Assembly: GCA_036785375.1 (NCBI GenBank)
Contig: JAWMAR010000478.1
Span: 62,001-126,000, forward strand
From: Leucoraja ocellata
Lineage: Eukaryota
Direction of reading: 5' to 3'
DNA length: 64,000 nt
Shown piece by piece: positions 49,097 through 61,180 of this stretch. The notes under the pieces are model-generated. The model was not told the DNA's origin and made no database searches. It worked only from the letters and a program-made list of their open reading frames with translations. Each line of letters opens with the position of its first letter. Position 1 is the first letter of the stretch. A program made the position numbers and the translations under genes.

Positions 49097-51938
49097 CAAT
49101 AAAATCGCTGAAAAATGGTAAGACACCGGGACCAGATGGTTTTAATAATGAATTTTATAAAGGATTTCGGGAGATAACGACCCCTTATTTATTTAATTTA
49201 TACTCCCATGCTTTTAAAGAAAACAAACTACTAACAGAATCAACTATTACGCTTATTCCAAAAAAAAGATAAAGATTTAGAAGATCCGGGCTCGTACAGA
49301 GCTATATCACTTTTAAATACAGATCAGAAAATTTTAGCAAAGATTTTAGCAAGAAGATTAAGCAAATATATTAGTAAATTGATAAACCCTGATCAAACGG
49401 TTTTTATACCAAAAATATACTCATTTAATAATCTGAGACGCCTGTTTAATATAATGTACTCGCATAAAGTAGAGGAAGAAGATATATCAATTATTTCTTT
49501 GGATGCAGAGAAAGCATTTGATCAGGTAGAGTGGCAATACTTATATAAAGTACTACAAAAATTTAATATGGGAATTTTATAACATGGGTAAAATTATTAT
49601 ATGATAAACCGATGGCAAGAATTTTAACTAATAACATGTTATCTCAAAAATTTCAACTATCAAGGGGTAATACGCAGGGATGTGCACTATCACCCCTGCT
49701 ATTTGCCCTTATGATAGAACCCCTGGCTGAAAGTATAAAAATTCATCCGAATATTCAGGGCTATAATACCAGGGACGCAAAGAATAAAATCTCATTATAT
49801 GCAGACGATATACTTTTATACATTACAAAGTCACAAACAAGCATACTGTAGTGCGTGGGTCTCAGAATGAGGCAAGTAGTCCGCAGTTTGAGAAGCACTA
49901 TACTTTATTTCCTCCCGGTTCAGGGGAAGACGAAACCAGGGGAAGATGGCACCCAAACCCTGCCTTTTATACCCTCCGGCTAAGGACCGCCTCCGGACTG
50001 CACCACTCCTGTGCCGAGGGGTTCGGCAGTATAATGGGACGACCCTTAGGAGCCGCCACAATACCAAATTTATTAAACTTAATAGAGGAATTTGGATCTT
50101 TTTCTGGATATAGAATAAACTGGAACAAAAGTGAAATCATGACATTAAAACCTCAAGAACCTACACACTTATTGAAGTTCCCCTTTAAAATCGCAACAGA
50201 AAAATTTAAATATTTGGGTATTCAGATTACTAGAAAATATAAAGCATTATTCAACGCTAATTTCATACCTGTATTAACTTTATACGCTGATTACATTTTG
50301 TAAAACTCTTCCCTTATCATTATTAGGTAGAATAAATGCAACAAAAATGATCTTCCTACCACAATTACTATACGTATTTCAGTCTATACCGGTATATATA
50401 CCAAAATATTTTAAAAAAAAATTAGTCTCTAACATTACAAATTATATTTGGGACTATAGATCACATAGAATCACAAAAAAACACTTATGTAAACCAAAAG
50501 AGGTCGGGGGACTTTCACTTCCGAAATTCACTTCCGAATTTTATGTATTATTACTGTGCAATGCATATTAAGAATATGATTTATTGGTTGGATAGTTCTA
50601 CCCAACAGACAGAATGGATAAAAATGGAGAAGGAGGATTGCCATCCTTGTAATATAGGAACGATCCTCTTTTCCCCAAAAAACCGGAATAACACAATATA
50701 TAAGAAGAACCCAATTATATATGGTACAATAAGAATTTGGAAACAAATAAAATTATCTTTAAAATTAAGAAATCTATCACTGTTAATGCCAATTGCGAAT
50801 AACCCTTTATTTAAACCATCTCTTATTGATAAGACATATAACCAATGGGAACGTCTCGGAATTAGAAGGATCAGGGATATGTACGAAATGGGAAACCTAC
50901 TATCATTCTAACAACTACAATTAAAATTTAAATTGAAAAACAACCAATATTTTAAATATCTTCAGATTTGCGACTTTGTGAAAAAATATATACCTGTACC
51001 TGTACAAGGATATCAAAAAGTAACTCCTGACTTATTGGAAGAAGCAATGAATATTGAAGCTGACTCACAAAAATTAATATCATATTTATATAATAGTATT
51101 CTAAATATAGATCTACCATCGACAGAGGTACTTAGAGAAGAGTGGGAACGGGAACTAATGATAAAAATTACTAAGGTTAATTGGGAAAAATACCTGATAT
51201 ATATTCACAAATGTTCAATTAATGTAAGACATAATCTAATTCAATTTAAAATTGTACATAGATTATATTATTCAAAAACAAGATTGAACAAATTTTATCC
51301 AAATATATCCGCCACTTGTGATAAATGTCTAGCCCAAAAGGCAACTATAACACACTCCTTAGTTTCCTGCATAAAACTTTATAGATTTTGGAATGATATT
51401 TTTGAAATATTTACAAAATTATTCAAGACAAGAATGGAACCTAATACTGAAATTATTATATTTGGTGTAATGGAAGATGGGAATAAATTGAACACATCTC
51501 AAAATCTATTCCTTAACTATGGTTTACTAATAGCAAAAAAAATAATACTTAAATTTTGGAAGGGTACATCAATACCAACGCTTAAAATGTGGATTGCAAG
51601 TATGTTGGACACCGCTCATCTTGAGGAAATGCGATTCCTCCTAATGGATAAATCAGACCAATTCATAACGAGTTGGTCTCCATTCGTCGTTTTTTTGGAA
51701 TCATATGGTGCAACACAATTGTAAAAAATAACTGTTTCAGGACTGGACGAGGGTTGGTCAAGATTATAAATAATGATCTCCTTTTCTTTTTTTATTTTAT
51801 TTTCTTTTCTCTATTTTCTCTCTCAACTTTCTTCATTTACTCGTTTTCTTTCTTCACACGCTATATATTTCACATCTTTCTATCCTTTACTATCTAACTT
51901 CTTTTTCTTATTCTATTCTTAAAAAAAAAAAAAAAAAA
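49097..51938 (+). mobile_element. 5'-truncated L1-clade LINE, right-arm specific
   Basis: GKTPGPDGF, SLDAEKAFDQV, QGCALSPLLF, LYADD, and C-terminal CDKC...HSLVSC. Poly(A) at 51921-51938. Degenerate TSD aatagttaccc/aatatttaccc. Empty site at ~32760. Confidence 0.92.
49847..50060 (-). mobile_element. Solo LTR (214 bp) nested in L1
   Basis: TG...CA termini and 4-bp TSD atac (49843-49846, 50061-50064). The - strand has tataaaa and then aataaa. Confidence 0.8.
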
Positions 51939-52198
51939 TCAATATTTACCCGCGGAACAGTCTGGGTTCTAAAGAACAAAGGCTTTTTTTTAAAGAGATA
52001 CAGCGGGGAAACAGGCCCTTCAGCCCACCGAGTCCGCACCGACCATCGGTCATCTGTTTACACACTAGTTCTATGTTATCCCACTATTTCATCTACAGAG
52101 GGTTAATTAATCTATGAAACCCAAGGTAGTTAAGGCTGGTGCAGCGCTCTCTCCCCATCGCCTCTCCCTCCTCACCACCCCTCCCTCCATACTCCCAC

Positions 52199-52390
52199 CT
52201 ACCCCTTCCCCTTCTTGGACTGGAACCAGAGCTCCGCGTATTCCACCCCCTCGCCACTGTGCCCGGTGGCTCCGCTGCTCAGCACCTCCTGCAGGTTGGC
52301 GTACACGACCGCTTGCTCTTCCCCCTCTCCTGATTCCCCTCCTTCTTTCCGCTCCACTGGGCCCGGCCCGTTCTCTCCACTCCCCGCGCT
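52199..52390 (-). CDS. Siglec-like terminal ITIM exon (copy B)
   Basis: SAGSGENGPGPVERKEGGESGEGEEQAVVYANLQEVLSSGATGHSGEGVEYAELWFQSKKGKG*; motifs VVYANL and VEYAEL; acceptor intact. Confidence 0.82.
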   Translation of the reverse strand, partial: SAGSGENGPGPVERKEGGESGEGEEQAVVYANLQEVLSSGATGHSGEGVEYAELWFQSKKGKG

Positions 52391-53294
52391 CTGGAAGGAA
52401 AGGGAAGCAGACGGGCAGTTATGGGTTTAGTACAGAGCAGTGTGGCCCGGCATTTAATACCATCAGTGAGAAGGTTCACAACTCCTGAACTCCCACAGAC
52501 CCAGGTTCAGCCATGTTGTTGATGTTCTCCTCTCACACATTCTCGCTCTCCTTCTCTCTCCCCTCTCTCACTTTCTCTCCCTCTCCCTCTCCCTTTCCCT
52601 TGCAGTTTCACACTTTCTCTCTCCCCCTTTCTCCCTCTCCTCTTTCTCTCACTCGCTCACACTCAGGCACTGTGTCTCTCACACTCGCACTTTCAACCAC
52701 TCTCTCTCTCTCCCTCTCTCGCCCCGTCTCCCCCTCATTGTTCTTTATCTCTCTCTACATCATCATCTATATAGAGTCATCCATTGTGGAAACAGGCCCT
52801 TCGGCCCAACTTGCCCACACCGGCCAACATGTCCAGCTACACTAGTCCCACCTGCCTGCGCTTGGTCCATGTACCTTTCTAACTGTTTCTTAAACGTTGG
52901 GATAGTCCCAGCCTGAACTACCTCCTCCAGCAGCTCGTTCCATACACTTTGTGTGAAAAAGTAACCTCTTAAATTTTTTCCCCCTTCACCTTGAACCGAT
53001 GTCCTCTGGTCCTCGATTCCCCTACTTTGGGCAAGAGACTCTGTGCATCTACCCGATCTATTCCTCTCATGATTGTATACACCTCTATAAGATCACCCCT
53101 CATCCCCCTGCACTCCAAGGAATAGAGTCCCAGCCTCCTCAACCTCTCCCTGTAGCTCAGGCCCCTCGAGTCTCGACCGAAACATCACCTGTTCCTTCTC
53201 TCCAGAGATTCTGCCTGTTCCACTGAGTTACTCCAGCTTTTTGTACCCACGTTTGTATCATCTGTAGTTGAGATTAAATACAAAGTTTCACTAC

Positions 53295-53361
53295 CTGATT
53301 GGTGGCAGATTGTGGGCAGTAGATCACATTGGTGTCTTGGTTTCCTGAAGCATCTTCCCTC
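53295..53361 (-). CDS. Siglec-like cytoplasmic exon 1 (copy B)
   Basis: (R)REDASGNQDTNVIYCPQSATNQ, 67 nt, AG/GT intact. Confidence 0.78.
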
Positions 53362-54277
53362 CTGCAGCTACAGAAGATCACACAAAGTTTACAGCACATC
53401 AGCAAAGTCCAAGTATAAAGTTGCAGTTGTATTAGACGTTGGTCATAAAGTCGTGAGGTTATTAATGATAGGAGCAGAATGAAGTCATTCGGCCCATCAA
53501 GTCTACTCTGCCATTCAATCATGACTGATCTAACTCTTCCTCCTAATCCCATTCTCCTGCCTTTTTCCCCATAACCCCTGACACCCGTACTGATCAATAA
53601 CCTATCTATCTCTGCCTTAAACATATTGATTGGCTTGGCCTCCACAGCCTTCTGTGGCAAAGAATTACACAGATTCACCACCCTATGACTGAAGAAACTC
53701 CTACTCTGCTTCCTAAAGGTAGTCCTTTAATTCTAAGGCTGTGGCCTCTGGTCCTAAACACACTCTCCCACTAGTGGAAACATCCTCCCCACATCCACTC
53801 TATCCAGGCCATTCACTATTCATTAAATATCAATGAGGTCTTCCCCTCATCCTTCTAAACTCCAGCTAGTACAGGCCCAGTGAGTGTCAAATGTTAATCA
53901 TTCTCGTAAACCTCCTTTGGACCCTCTCCCGAGCCAGCACATTCTCCCTCAGATATGGGGCCCAAAACGGCTCACAACAGTCTAAAGGCCATCTGTCGCC
54001 GGCTCTGATTTGTTCTAACTTTCTCAACCTTTCAGTCTGAAGAAGGTCCCGACCCGAAATTTCACCTATTCCTGAATCCCCAGAGATGCTGCCTGACCCG
54101 CTGAGTTACTCCAGCACTTTGTACCTGTCCATGTTCTCCAGAGATGCTGCCTGACCCGCTGAGTTACTCCTCCAGCACTTTGTGTCTGTGAACAGGAGTT
54201 AGCCTGGCAGAAGCAGTCATAAGCAGATGACAAAGAGATGGATTTGGAAGTAAAAATGTGGATGTATTTAAACTTAC

Positions 54278-54374
54278 CGCAGTATATACTTGTAGATGAT
54301 GAATCCAGCTAGCACAGCCATCAGTATTATCCCTGCTGTAAGCAAAACTGCCTTCCAAATACTGAAGCCTTTAT
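54278..54374 (-). CDS. Siglec-like transmembrane exon (copy B); upstream Ig exons not present in window
   Basis: YKGFSIWKAVLLTAGIILMAVLAGFIIYKYILR, 97 nt, AG/GT intact. Confidence 0.85.
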
Positions 54375-57029
54375 CTGTAAAAACAAGAGGTGTGTTTTCA
54401 GTTTTTACAGTTTAATTTATTGTCACGTGTAACGAGGTACAGTGAAAAGCTTTTGTGTCGTGCTATCCAGTCAGCGGAAAGGCAATACATGATTACAATC
54501 GAGCTGTCCACAGTGTACAGATACAGAACAAAGGGAATAAGGTTTAGTGCAAGGTAAAGCCAGCAAAGTCCGATCAAAGATAGTCCGAGGGTCACCAATG
54601 AGGTAGATAGTAGTTCAGGACTGCTCCCTAATTGTGGTAGAATGGCCTGATAACAGCTGGGAAGAAACTGTCTCTGAATCTGGAGATGTGCGTTTTCACA
54701 CCAGTTCCCTTATCATGTATCTAAATACTGTAAACAGCTTGATTGTAATCATGTATGGTCTGTACACTGACTGGTTAGCACACAACAAAAGCTTTTCACT
54801 GTAGCTGGGTAAACATGACAATAAACTAAACTGTAACGTAGTCTTATAGTAGTGTATAAATCATGAGTGGATTAGATCGGGTAGATGCACAGAGTCTCTT
54901 GCCCAGAGTAGGGGAATCGAACATCAGAGGACATAGGTTTAAGGTGAGGAGAAAAAGATTTAATAGGAATCTAAGGGGAAACTTTTCCACACAGTGGGTG
55001 GTGGGTGTATGGATTGTGCTGCCAGAGGCCGTTGAGGCAGAGACTATCCCAACATTTACAAAACAGTTATACAGGTACATGGATAGGACTGGTTTGCAGG
55101 GATATGAACCAAGCACAGGCATGTGGGACTAGTGTAGCTGGGGCATGTTGGCTGGTGTGGACAAGTTGGGCCGAAGGGCCTGTTTCCACAATGTATCACT
55201 ATAACTGTGAGAGGATGTTCAGATGGATATGGGCCTGTTTTCATGCAATGTCACTATGACTCAATGATATCTTGCCTGCCGCAGATGTTAGTTTCTAGTT
55301 ATTGTGCAAGACGTTAGTGAGACCGCATTTGAGGTATTGCGTCCAGTTTTAGTCACACTGCTCTAGGAAGGAAGCTGGAAAGAGTGCAGAGAAGATTCAA
55401 GACAATAGACAATAGGTACTGGAGTAGGCCATTCGGCCCTTCGAGCCAGCACCGCCATTCAATGTGATCATGACTGATCATCCACATTCAGTACCCCGTT
55501 CCTGTCTTCTCACCATAGCCCTTGACTCCGCTATCTTTAAGAGCGCTATCTAACTGTTTCTTGAAAGCATCCATTGAATTGGCCTCCACTGCTTTCTGAG
55601 GCAGAGAATTCCACAGGTTCACAATTCTCTGGGTAAAAACGTTTCTCCTCATCTCCGTTTTAAATGGCCTACCCCTTATTCTTAAACTGTGGCCCCTGGT
55701 TCTGGACTCCCCCAACATCGGGAACATGTTTCCTTCCCCTAGTGTCCAATCCCTTCACAATCTTCCATGTTTCAATAAGATCCCTCTCATCCTTCTAAAA
55801 TGCCAGAGTATACAAGCCCAGCCGCTCCATTCTATCAAGATATGACAGTCCCGCCATCCCGGGAATTAACCTGGTGAACCTACGCTGCACTCCCTCAATA
55901 GCAAGAATGTTCTTCCTCAAATATGGAGATCAAAACTGCACACAATACTGAAGACGGATCGGATACTTTCAAGAGAGCTAGATAGAGCCCTTAAAGATAG
56001 TGAGTTGTAACCATATAACCATATAACAATTACTGCACGGAAACAGGCCATCTCGGCCCTACAAGTCCGTGCCGAACAAATGTTTTTTGCCCTTAGTCCC
56101 ACCTGCCTGCACTCATACCATAACCCTCCATTCCCTTCTCATCCATATGCCTATCCAATTTATTGTTAAATGATACCAATGAACCTGCCTCCACCACTTC
56201 CACTGGAAGCTCATTCCACACCGCTACCACTCTCCGAGTAAAGAAGTTCCTCCTCATATTACCCCTAAACTTCTGNNNNNNNNNNNNNNNNNNNNNNNNN
56301 NNNNNNNNNNNNNNNNNNNNNNNNNNNNNNNNNNNNNNNNNNNNNNNNNNNNNNNNNNNNNNNNNNNNNNNNNNNNNNNNNNNNNNNNNNNNNNNNNNNN
56401 NNNNNNNNNNNNNNNNNNNNNNNNNNNNNNNNNNNNNNNNNNNNNNNNNNNNNNNNNNNNNNNNNNNNNNNNNNNTCCACCCCGAAACGTGGGGCTTGAA
56501 TCGGCCAGTTCACGGGGCCTTTCATCGCCAGTCGCCTCGACGGGGTGATGGAAGATCCCGCGGCCGATTTTAAGCCGCGATGGGCAGTGCGATGAAAGGC
56601 CGCGCGAACGTGCCGACTCAAGCTCCACTCCATGAACTTTACAAGGACGTCTCCCTCGTCCAATCACTGCGGTCTATCCTCAGTCCCACCGGGTACATCC
56701 GCCTCTGATCGACATCCCCCTCCACCAATAATCCGCTGAATCATCATGCCCCCCCCCCCCCTTCCACCGCGTGCTGACCAATGTCTCTCTCGTACAGTCG
56801 GCGCCCACGATCACCCCCCCCCCCCACCTTCCCCCGTCCCAACTGGAATTTCCGCCCATTTGTGGTGTGGGCGATACGAGGAGAGAGAAAGAGAGAGCGT
56901 GAGGTGCTGAAGAGATGGAGCGTGAGGGAGGGGGAGGGGGGGGGGGAGGGGTGGGGAGGGGGGAGAGGGAAGGGAAGAGAGTCGTTGAGAACGAGGGAGA
57001 ATGGGAAGGGGAGGGGAGAAAAATTGGGG

Positions 57030-57360
57030 AGAGGGTGACAGAGACGGGGAGAGGGGGGTAGGGGGCGGTGGGGGAGGGGTGACAGAGACGGGGAGAGGGG
57101 GGTAGGGGCGGTGGGAGAGGGGGATAGGGGGCGGTGGGGAGGGGTGACAGAGACGGGGAGAGGGGGATAGGCGGCGGTGGGGAGAGGGGGTAGGGGGCGG
57201 TGGGGAGGGGTGACAGAGACGGGGAGAGGGGGATAGGGGGCGGTGGGGAGGGGTGACAGAGACGGGGAGAGGGGGATAGGGGGCGGTGGGGAGGGGTGAC
57301 AGAGACGGGGAGAGGGGGATAGGGGGCGGTGGGGAGAGGGTGACAGAGACGGGGACAGGG
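57030..57360. repeat. ~43-bp G-rich minisatellite just upstream of the trypsin exon acceptor
   Basis: Unit gggtgacagagacggggagagggggatagggggcggtggggag, ~7 copies. Confidence 0.9.
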
Positions 57361-57387
57361 TTTAATTTCTCACCTTTCCCCCACCAG

Positions 57388-57524
57388 TGGTTAGCGGCGA
57401 CCAGCTTCAGTGTTTGGACGCCCCGGTTCTGAGTGACGCGGACTGTTCCGGTTCCTACCCGGGAATGATCACTGACAACATGATGTGTCTCGGCTACTTG
57501 GAGGGAGGCCGCGACGCCTGCCAG
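57388..57524 (+). CDS. Trypsinogen penultimate exon (exon 4)
   Basis: [45 protein letters not shown] with Asp189. The 137-nt phase 1-0 exon matches vertebrate trypsinogens. Splice sites ccag| and |gtacag. Confidence 0.93.
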
Positions 57525-57624
57525 GTACAGACCACTCCCCCCTCTGCCCGTATCTCCCCCTCTTCTCTATAGCTTTGTCCCCGCTCGCTGCCCCCGACAG
57601 CGCGGGAACAGGTCCCACGGTCCA

Positions 57625-58255
57625 CCGAAGATGTTGCCAGGACCAGAGGGTGTGAGCTACAGAGAGCGGTTGGGGGCAGGGCTGGGACTCTATTCCATGG
57701 AGCGCAGGAGAATGAGGGGCGATCTTATAGAGGTGTTCAAAATCACCAGGCGAATAGATCGGGTAGACGCACAAAGTCTTTTGCCCAGAGTAGGGGATTC
57801 GAGGGCCAGAGGACATAGGTTTAAGGTGAGGGGGGGAAAGATTTAACATGAATCCGAGCGGCACCTTTTGCACACAGGGTGGGTGTATGGAACGAGCTGC
57901 CGCAGGAGGTAGTTGAGGCTTGGACTATCGCAACGTTTAAGAAACACTTGGACAGGTACAAGGATAGGATAGGTTTGGAGGGATATGGGCCAAACGCGGG
58001 AAAGTGGGACAAAGATACCAGAGCAAGAACAAGATGGTCCAGTCGGCAAAAAAAGCCGTAGTAGGCATAGGGAATTTTTTCAGCGCCATCTTGGGAATCG
58101 GCTTCCTTCATGGCGTCCACATCTACAAGTCTAGCGTGCTATTCTGCTATAAATTGCTCGAATGATCTTTGTGTGGACCTAGTGTAGATGGGGCATGTTG
58201 GCCGGTGTGGGCATGTAGGGCCGAAGGGCCTGTTTCCCCGCTGTATCGCTCTGTG
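57625..58255 (+). mobile_element. Intronic CR1 3' fragment containing a short CAAAGAT-terminated MITE-like insert (58010-58171)
   Basis: ORFs 57631-57846 and 57879-58061 are CR1. The insert begins caaagata and ends gatctttg. Confidence 0.65.
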
Positions 58256-58291
58256 ATTCCAACTAACGTCCTCTCACGTGTGCTCTTGTGA

Positions 58292-58444
<153 letters not shown>

Positions 58445-58532
58445 GCCGGTGACCACCGGCCCCCGCGCCAGGTCTCCGCCTCTCACTCTCTGTGCAACTG
58501 GGAAACTATCAATACAATGTTTGCAATGAAGA

Positions 58533-59240
58533 ACAATAGACAATACGCAATAGGTGCAGGAGTAGGCCATTCGGCCCTTCGAGCCAGCACCGTCTTTCAA
58601 TGCGATAATGGCTGATCATCCACAATGAGTACGCTGTTCCTGCTATCTTTAAGAGCCCTATCTAGCTGTCTCTTGAAAGCCTCCAGAGAACCGGCCTCCG
58701 CCGCTCTCTGAGGCAGAGAATTCCACAGACTCACAACCCTCTGGGTGGAAAGGTGTTTCCTCGTCTCCGTTCTAAATTGCTTACTCCTAATTCTTAAACA
58801 GTGGCCCCTGGTTCTGTACTGCCACAACATCGGGAACATGCTTCCTGTCTTTAATGTGTCGAAACCCTTAACAATCTTTTATGTTTCAATGAGATCCCCT
58901 CTCATCTTTCTAAACTCCAGAGTGTGCAAGCCCAGCCGCTCTTTCTTTCAGCATATGACAGTCCCGTCATCACAGGAATTAACCTTGTAAACCAACGCCG
59001 CACACCCTCAATAGCACGAATGGCCTTCCGCAAATTACGGGACCAAAACTGCACACAATAGTCCAGGTGTGGTCTCACTAGGGTTCTGTGCAACTGCAGA
59101 AAGACATCTTTGCTCCTATACTCGATTCATCTTGTTATAAAGGCCAACATGCCACTCGCTTTCTTCACCGCCTGCTGTACCTGCATGCTTACTTTCATAG
59201 ACAGATGAACAAGGACCCCCAGATCCGTTGTACTTCCCAA
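58533..59240 (-). mobile_element. CR1 3' fragment directly downstream of trypsin
   Basis: ORFs 58597-58839 and 58902-59093 carry CR1 motifs; (caataga) tail. Confidence 0.85.
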
Positions 59241-59998
59241 TGTTGGCTGTGGGCGAGGTGACAAGTGTTGACAACCGGTACATCAGATGGGTCCAGCTGG
59301 ACTGAGCGAAGATGTTCTGAGAATTTTAGCTCAAGTGTTGAGTTTAGAGTTTGAGTTTAGTTTAAATTAGTGTTTTTCTGTAAACCTCTCCCCTCTCCAC
59401 TCCCTCCTCCGTTTCCTCTCCACCTTCCCTCCCCTCTCCTCATCCCCTCTCGCTCCTCCCTCCCTCCTTACCTCCTCCCATTCCACGTCCCTCTCTCTCC
59501 CTCCCCGACCTCACCCAGCGCCAGCCACGGGCTTGGAAGAACACAGGTGCGGTCGCTCGCCAAAGGCATCCGGATGCGCCCCGAACCCCAAACAACATGA
59601 AGACTGTTAGGTCTGTGATATAATTGGCATATGTAATTAGTACATGTGATGTCTTGTGCAGATACGCATGTGCGAAAGAGACTCAAGTTGGCGTCCTGGA
59701 ATAAAGAAGCTTGTTAGATTACTCCCGTGTCCGAGCCTTATTAAAGTCTGTTCCAAGCATCCAAATACGCACCAATTGGCGACGAGGATAAAAGAACGAA
59801 AAAGATAAGAACAAGAACAGCCAAGAAAAATTGAAAACAAGTTAAAAATAGAAGTAGTATTTAGAAACAAAGTGGAACAGCACCAAGCCAAAAGATTTGG
59901 CGCCAAATGGTTTTGAATTGGCGCCAAAAAGAAAAAAAAAGTCGGAACGGGAAGCAATAGCTCAGAGAAGAGCGCAGGGAAGACGAGCAGGGCAGTAA

Positions 59999-60245
59999 TG
60001 CCCCTGTCCCCACCTAGCAAACCTGAACAGAAACCTCTGGAGACTTTGCACCCCACCTAAGGTTTCCATGCGGTTCCCCGAGGTTCCCGGAAGTTCTCGG
60101 AGGTTTTTGTCAGTCTTCCTACCTGCTTCCACATCCTGCAACCTCCGGCAACCACCTGCAACCTCCAGGAACCGCACAAAAACCTTGGGTGGGGCGTAAA
60201 GTCTCCAGAGGTTTCCGTTCAGGTTTCCTAAGTGGGACAGGGGCA
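59999..60245. mobile_element. PIF/Harbinger-type MITE (partial second copy ~61000-61180)
   Basis: Long TIR tgcccctgtccc..aaacctgaac.gaaacctctggagacttt; TAA TSD at 59996-59998 and 60246-60248. Confidence 0.82.
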
Positions 60246-61180
60246 TAAGGGTCACCAAGCACAGCTGTAAGCTAGGAGCGACGGTGTGAGCTTACCTGGA
60301 GCGTTTTCCAGGGCTGTGCAGCCCACAGCCAGGCCCAAGCAGCAGCCACAGACGTCGGGTGGGGGCCTAGTACCATGATGGCCACGGACAGCTCCGGAAA
60401 AGCCACCGACGGAAGAGGACCGTGTAGCCCACGGCCAGCCCTAGTAGCAGGCACAGACGTGTCGGGACCGTGAGCCGAAAAGCGGACAGGCCCGCGAGAA
60501 AAGCGGAGAGAAGCCGAGAAGTCCGGTCGCGGGAGACGGCCGAGAGTCGAGAAAGCTGACCACGGGAGCGAAGCGGGGCAGCGCGGAGCCAGCCCCAGAC
60601 GGCGGGGCACAGTCCCGACACTTGGAGCAGCGGGGACCAGCAGCAGAAACTAGCAGCGACTCACCTTCCGCAGGATGTCCACGGAATCCAGCGACGAGCC
60701 GAGCAGCAGCCCCCCCCCCCCCCCCCCCCAGTAGCAGCCGGGAGGGCTGTGGAGACAGCGGGCAAGGCAAGCCAGCGGAGCAGCGGGAGTGGACTTGGCA
60801 GCGAGCCAGCGGAGGCAACAGCAACGGCTGGGCCAGCAGCGGCATCGGAGGTCCGGTGTGGCCGGCCGTGTTGGAAGGTAACGGTGAGGCCCGCCGGGGG
60901 GGGGGGGGGGGGGGAGGGGACAGCTAAAGCAGCAGTGGAGGTCCGGTGAGGCCATCACCAGATGTACCGGTGGGGGACAGTATTTGTATAGCACACATAT
61001 GCCCCTGTCCCAGTTAGGAACCTGAACGGAAACCTCTGGAGACTTTGCGCCCCACCCAAGGTTTCCGTGCGGTTCCCGGAGGGTTTTTTTCAGTCTCCCT
61101 TCCTGCAACCTCCGGCAACCACCTGCAACCTCCGGGAACCGCACGGAAACCTTGGGTGGGGCGCAAAGTCTCCAGAGGTT

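Larger units (their letters stand above)
25645..56000. repeat. Large imperfect inverted duplication (left arm ~25645-42534, right arm ~42952-56000)
   Basis: Colinear reverse-complement matches: 25645~56000, 27377~54374, 30974~53361, 32333~52390, 34997~46865, 36438~45431, 37008-37092~45040-44957, 40655-41690~44950-44105, 42446-42534~43040-42952. Confidence 0.92.

Noticed and set aside
56476-57030. GC-rich segment after the gap as possible trypsin exon 3 or promoter
   Set aside because: No DIMLIKL or CLISGWG-type coding found, and I could not assign the sequence.
59240-60990. CpG-rich region with several 80-160 aa ORFs
   Set aside because: No recognisable domain. It is interspersed with MITEs and probably consists of 5' regions of non-LTR elements; left unassigned.
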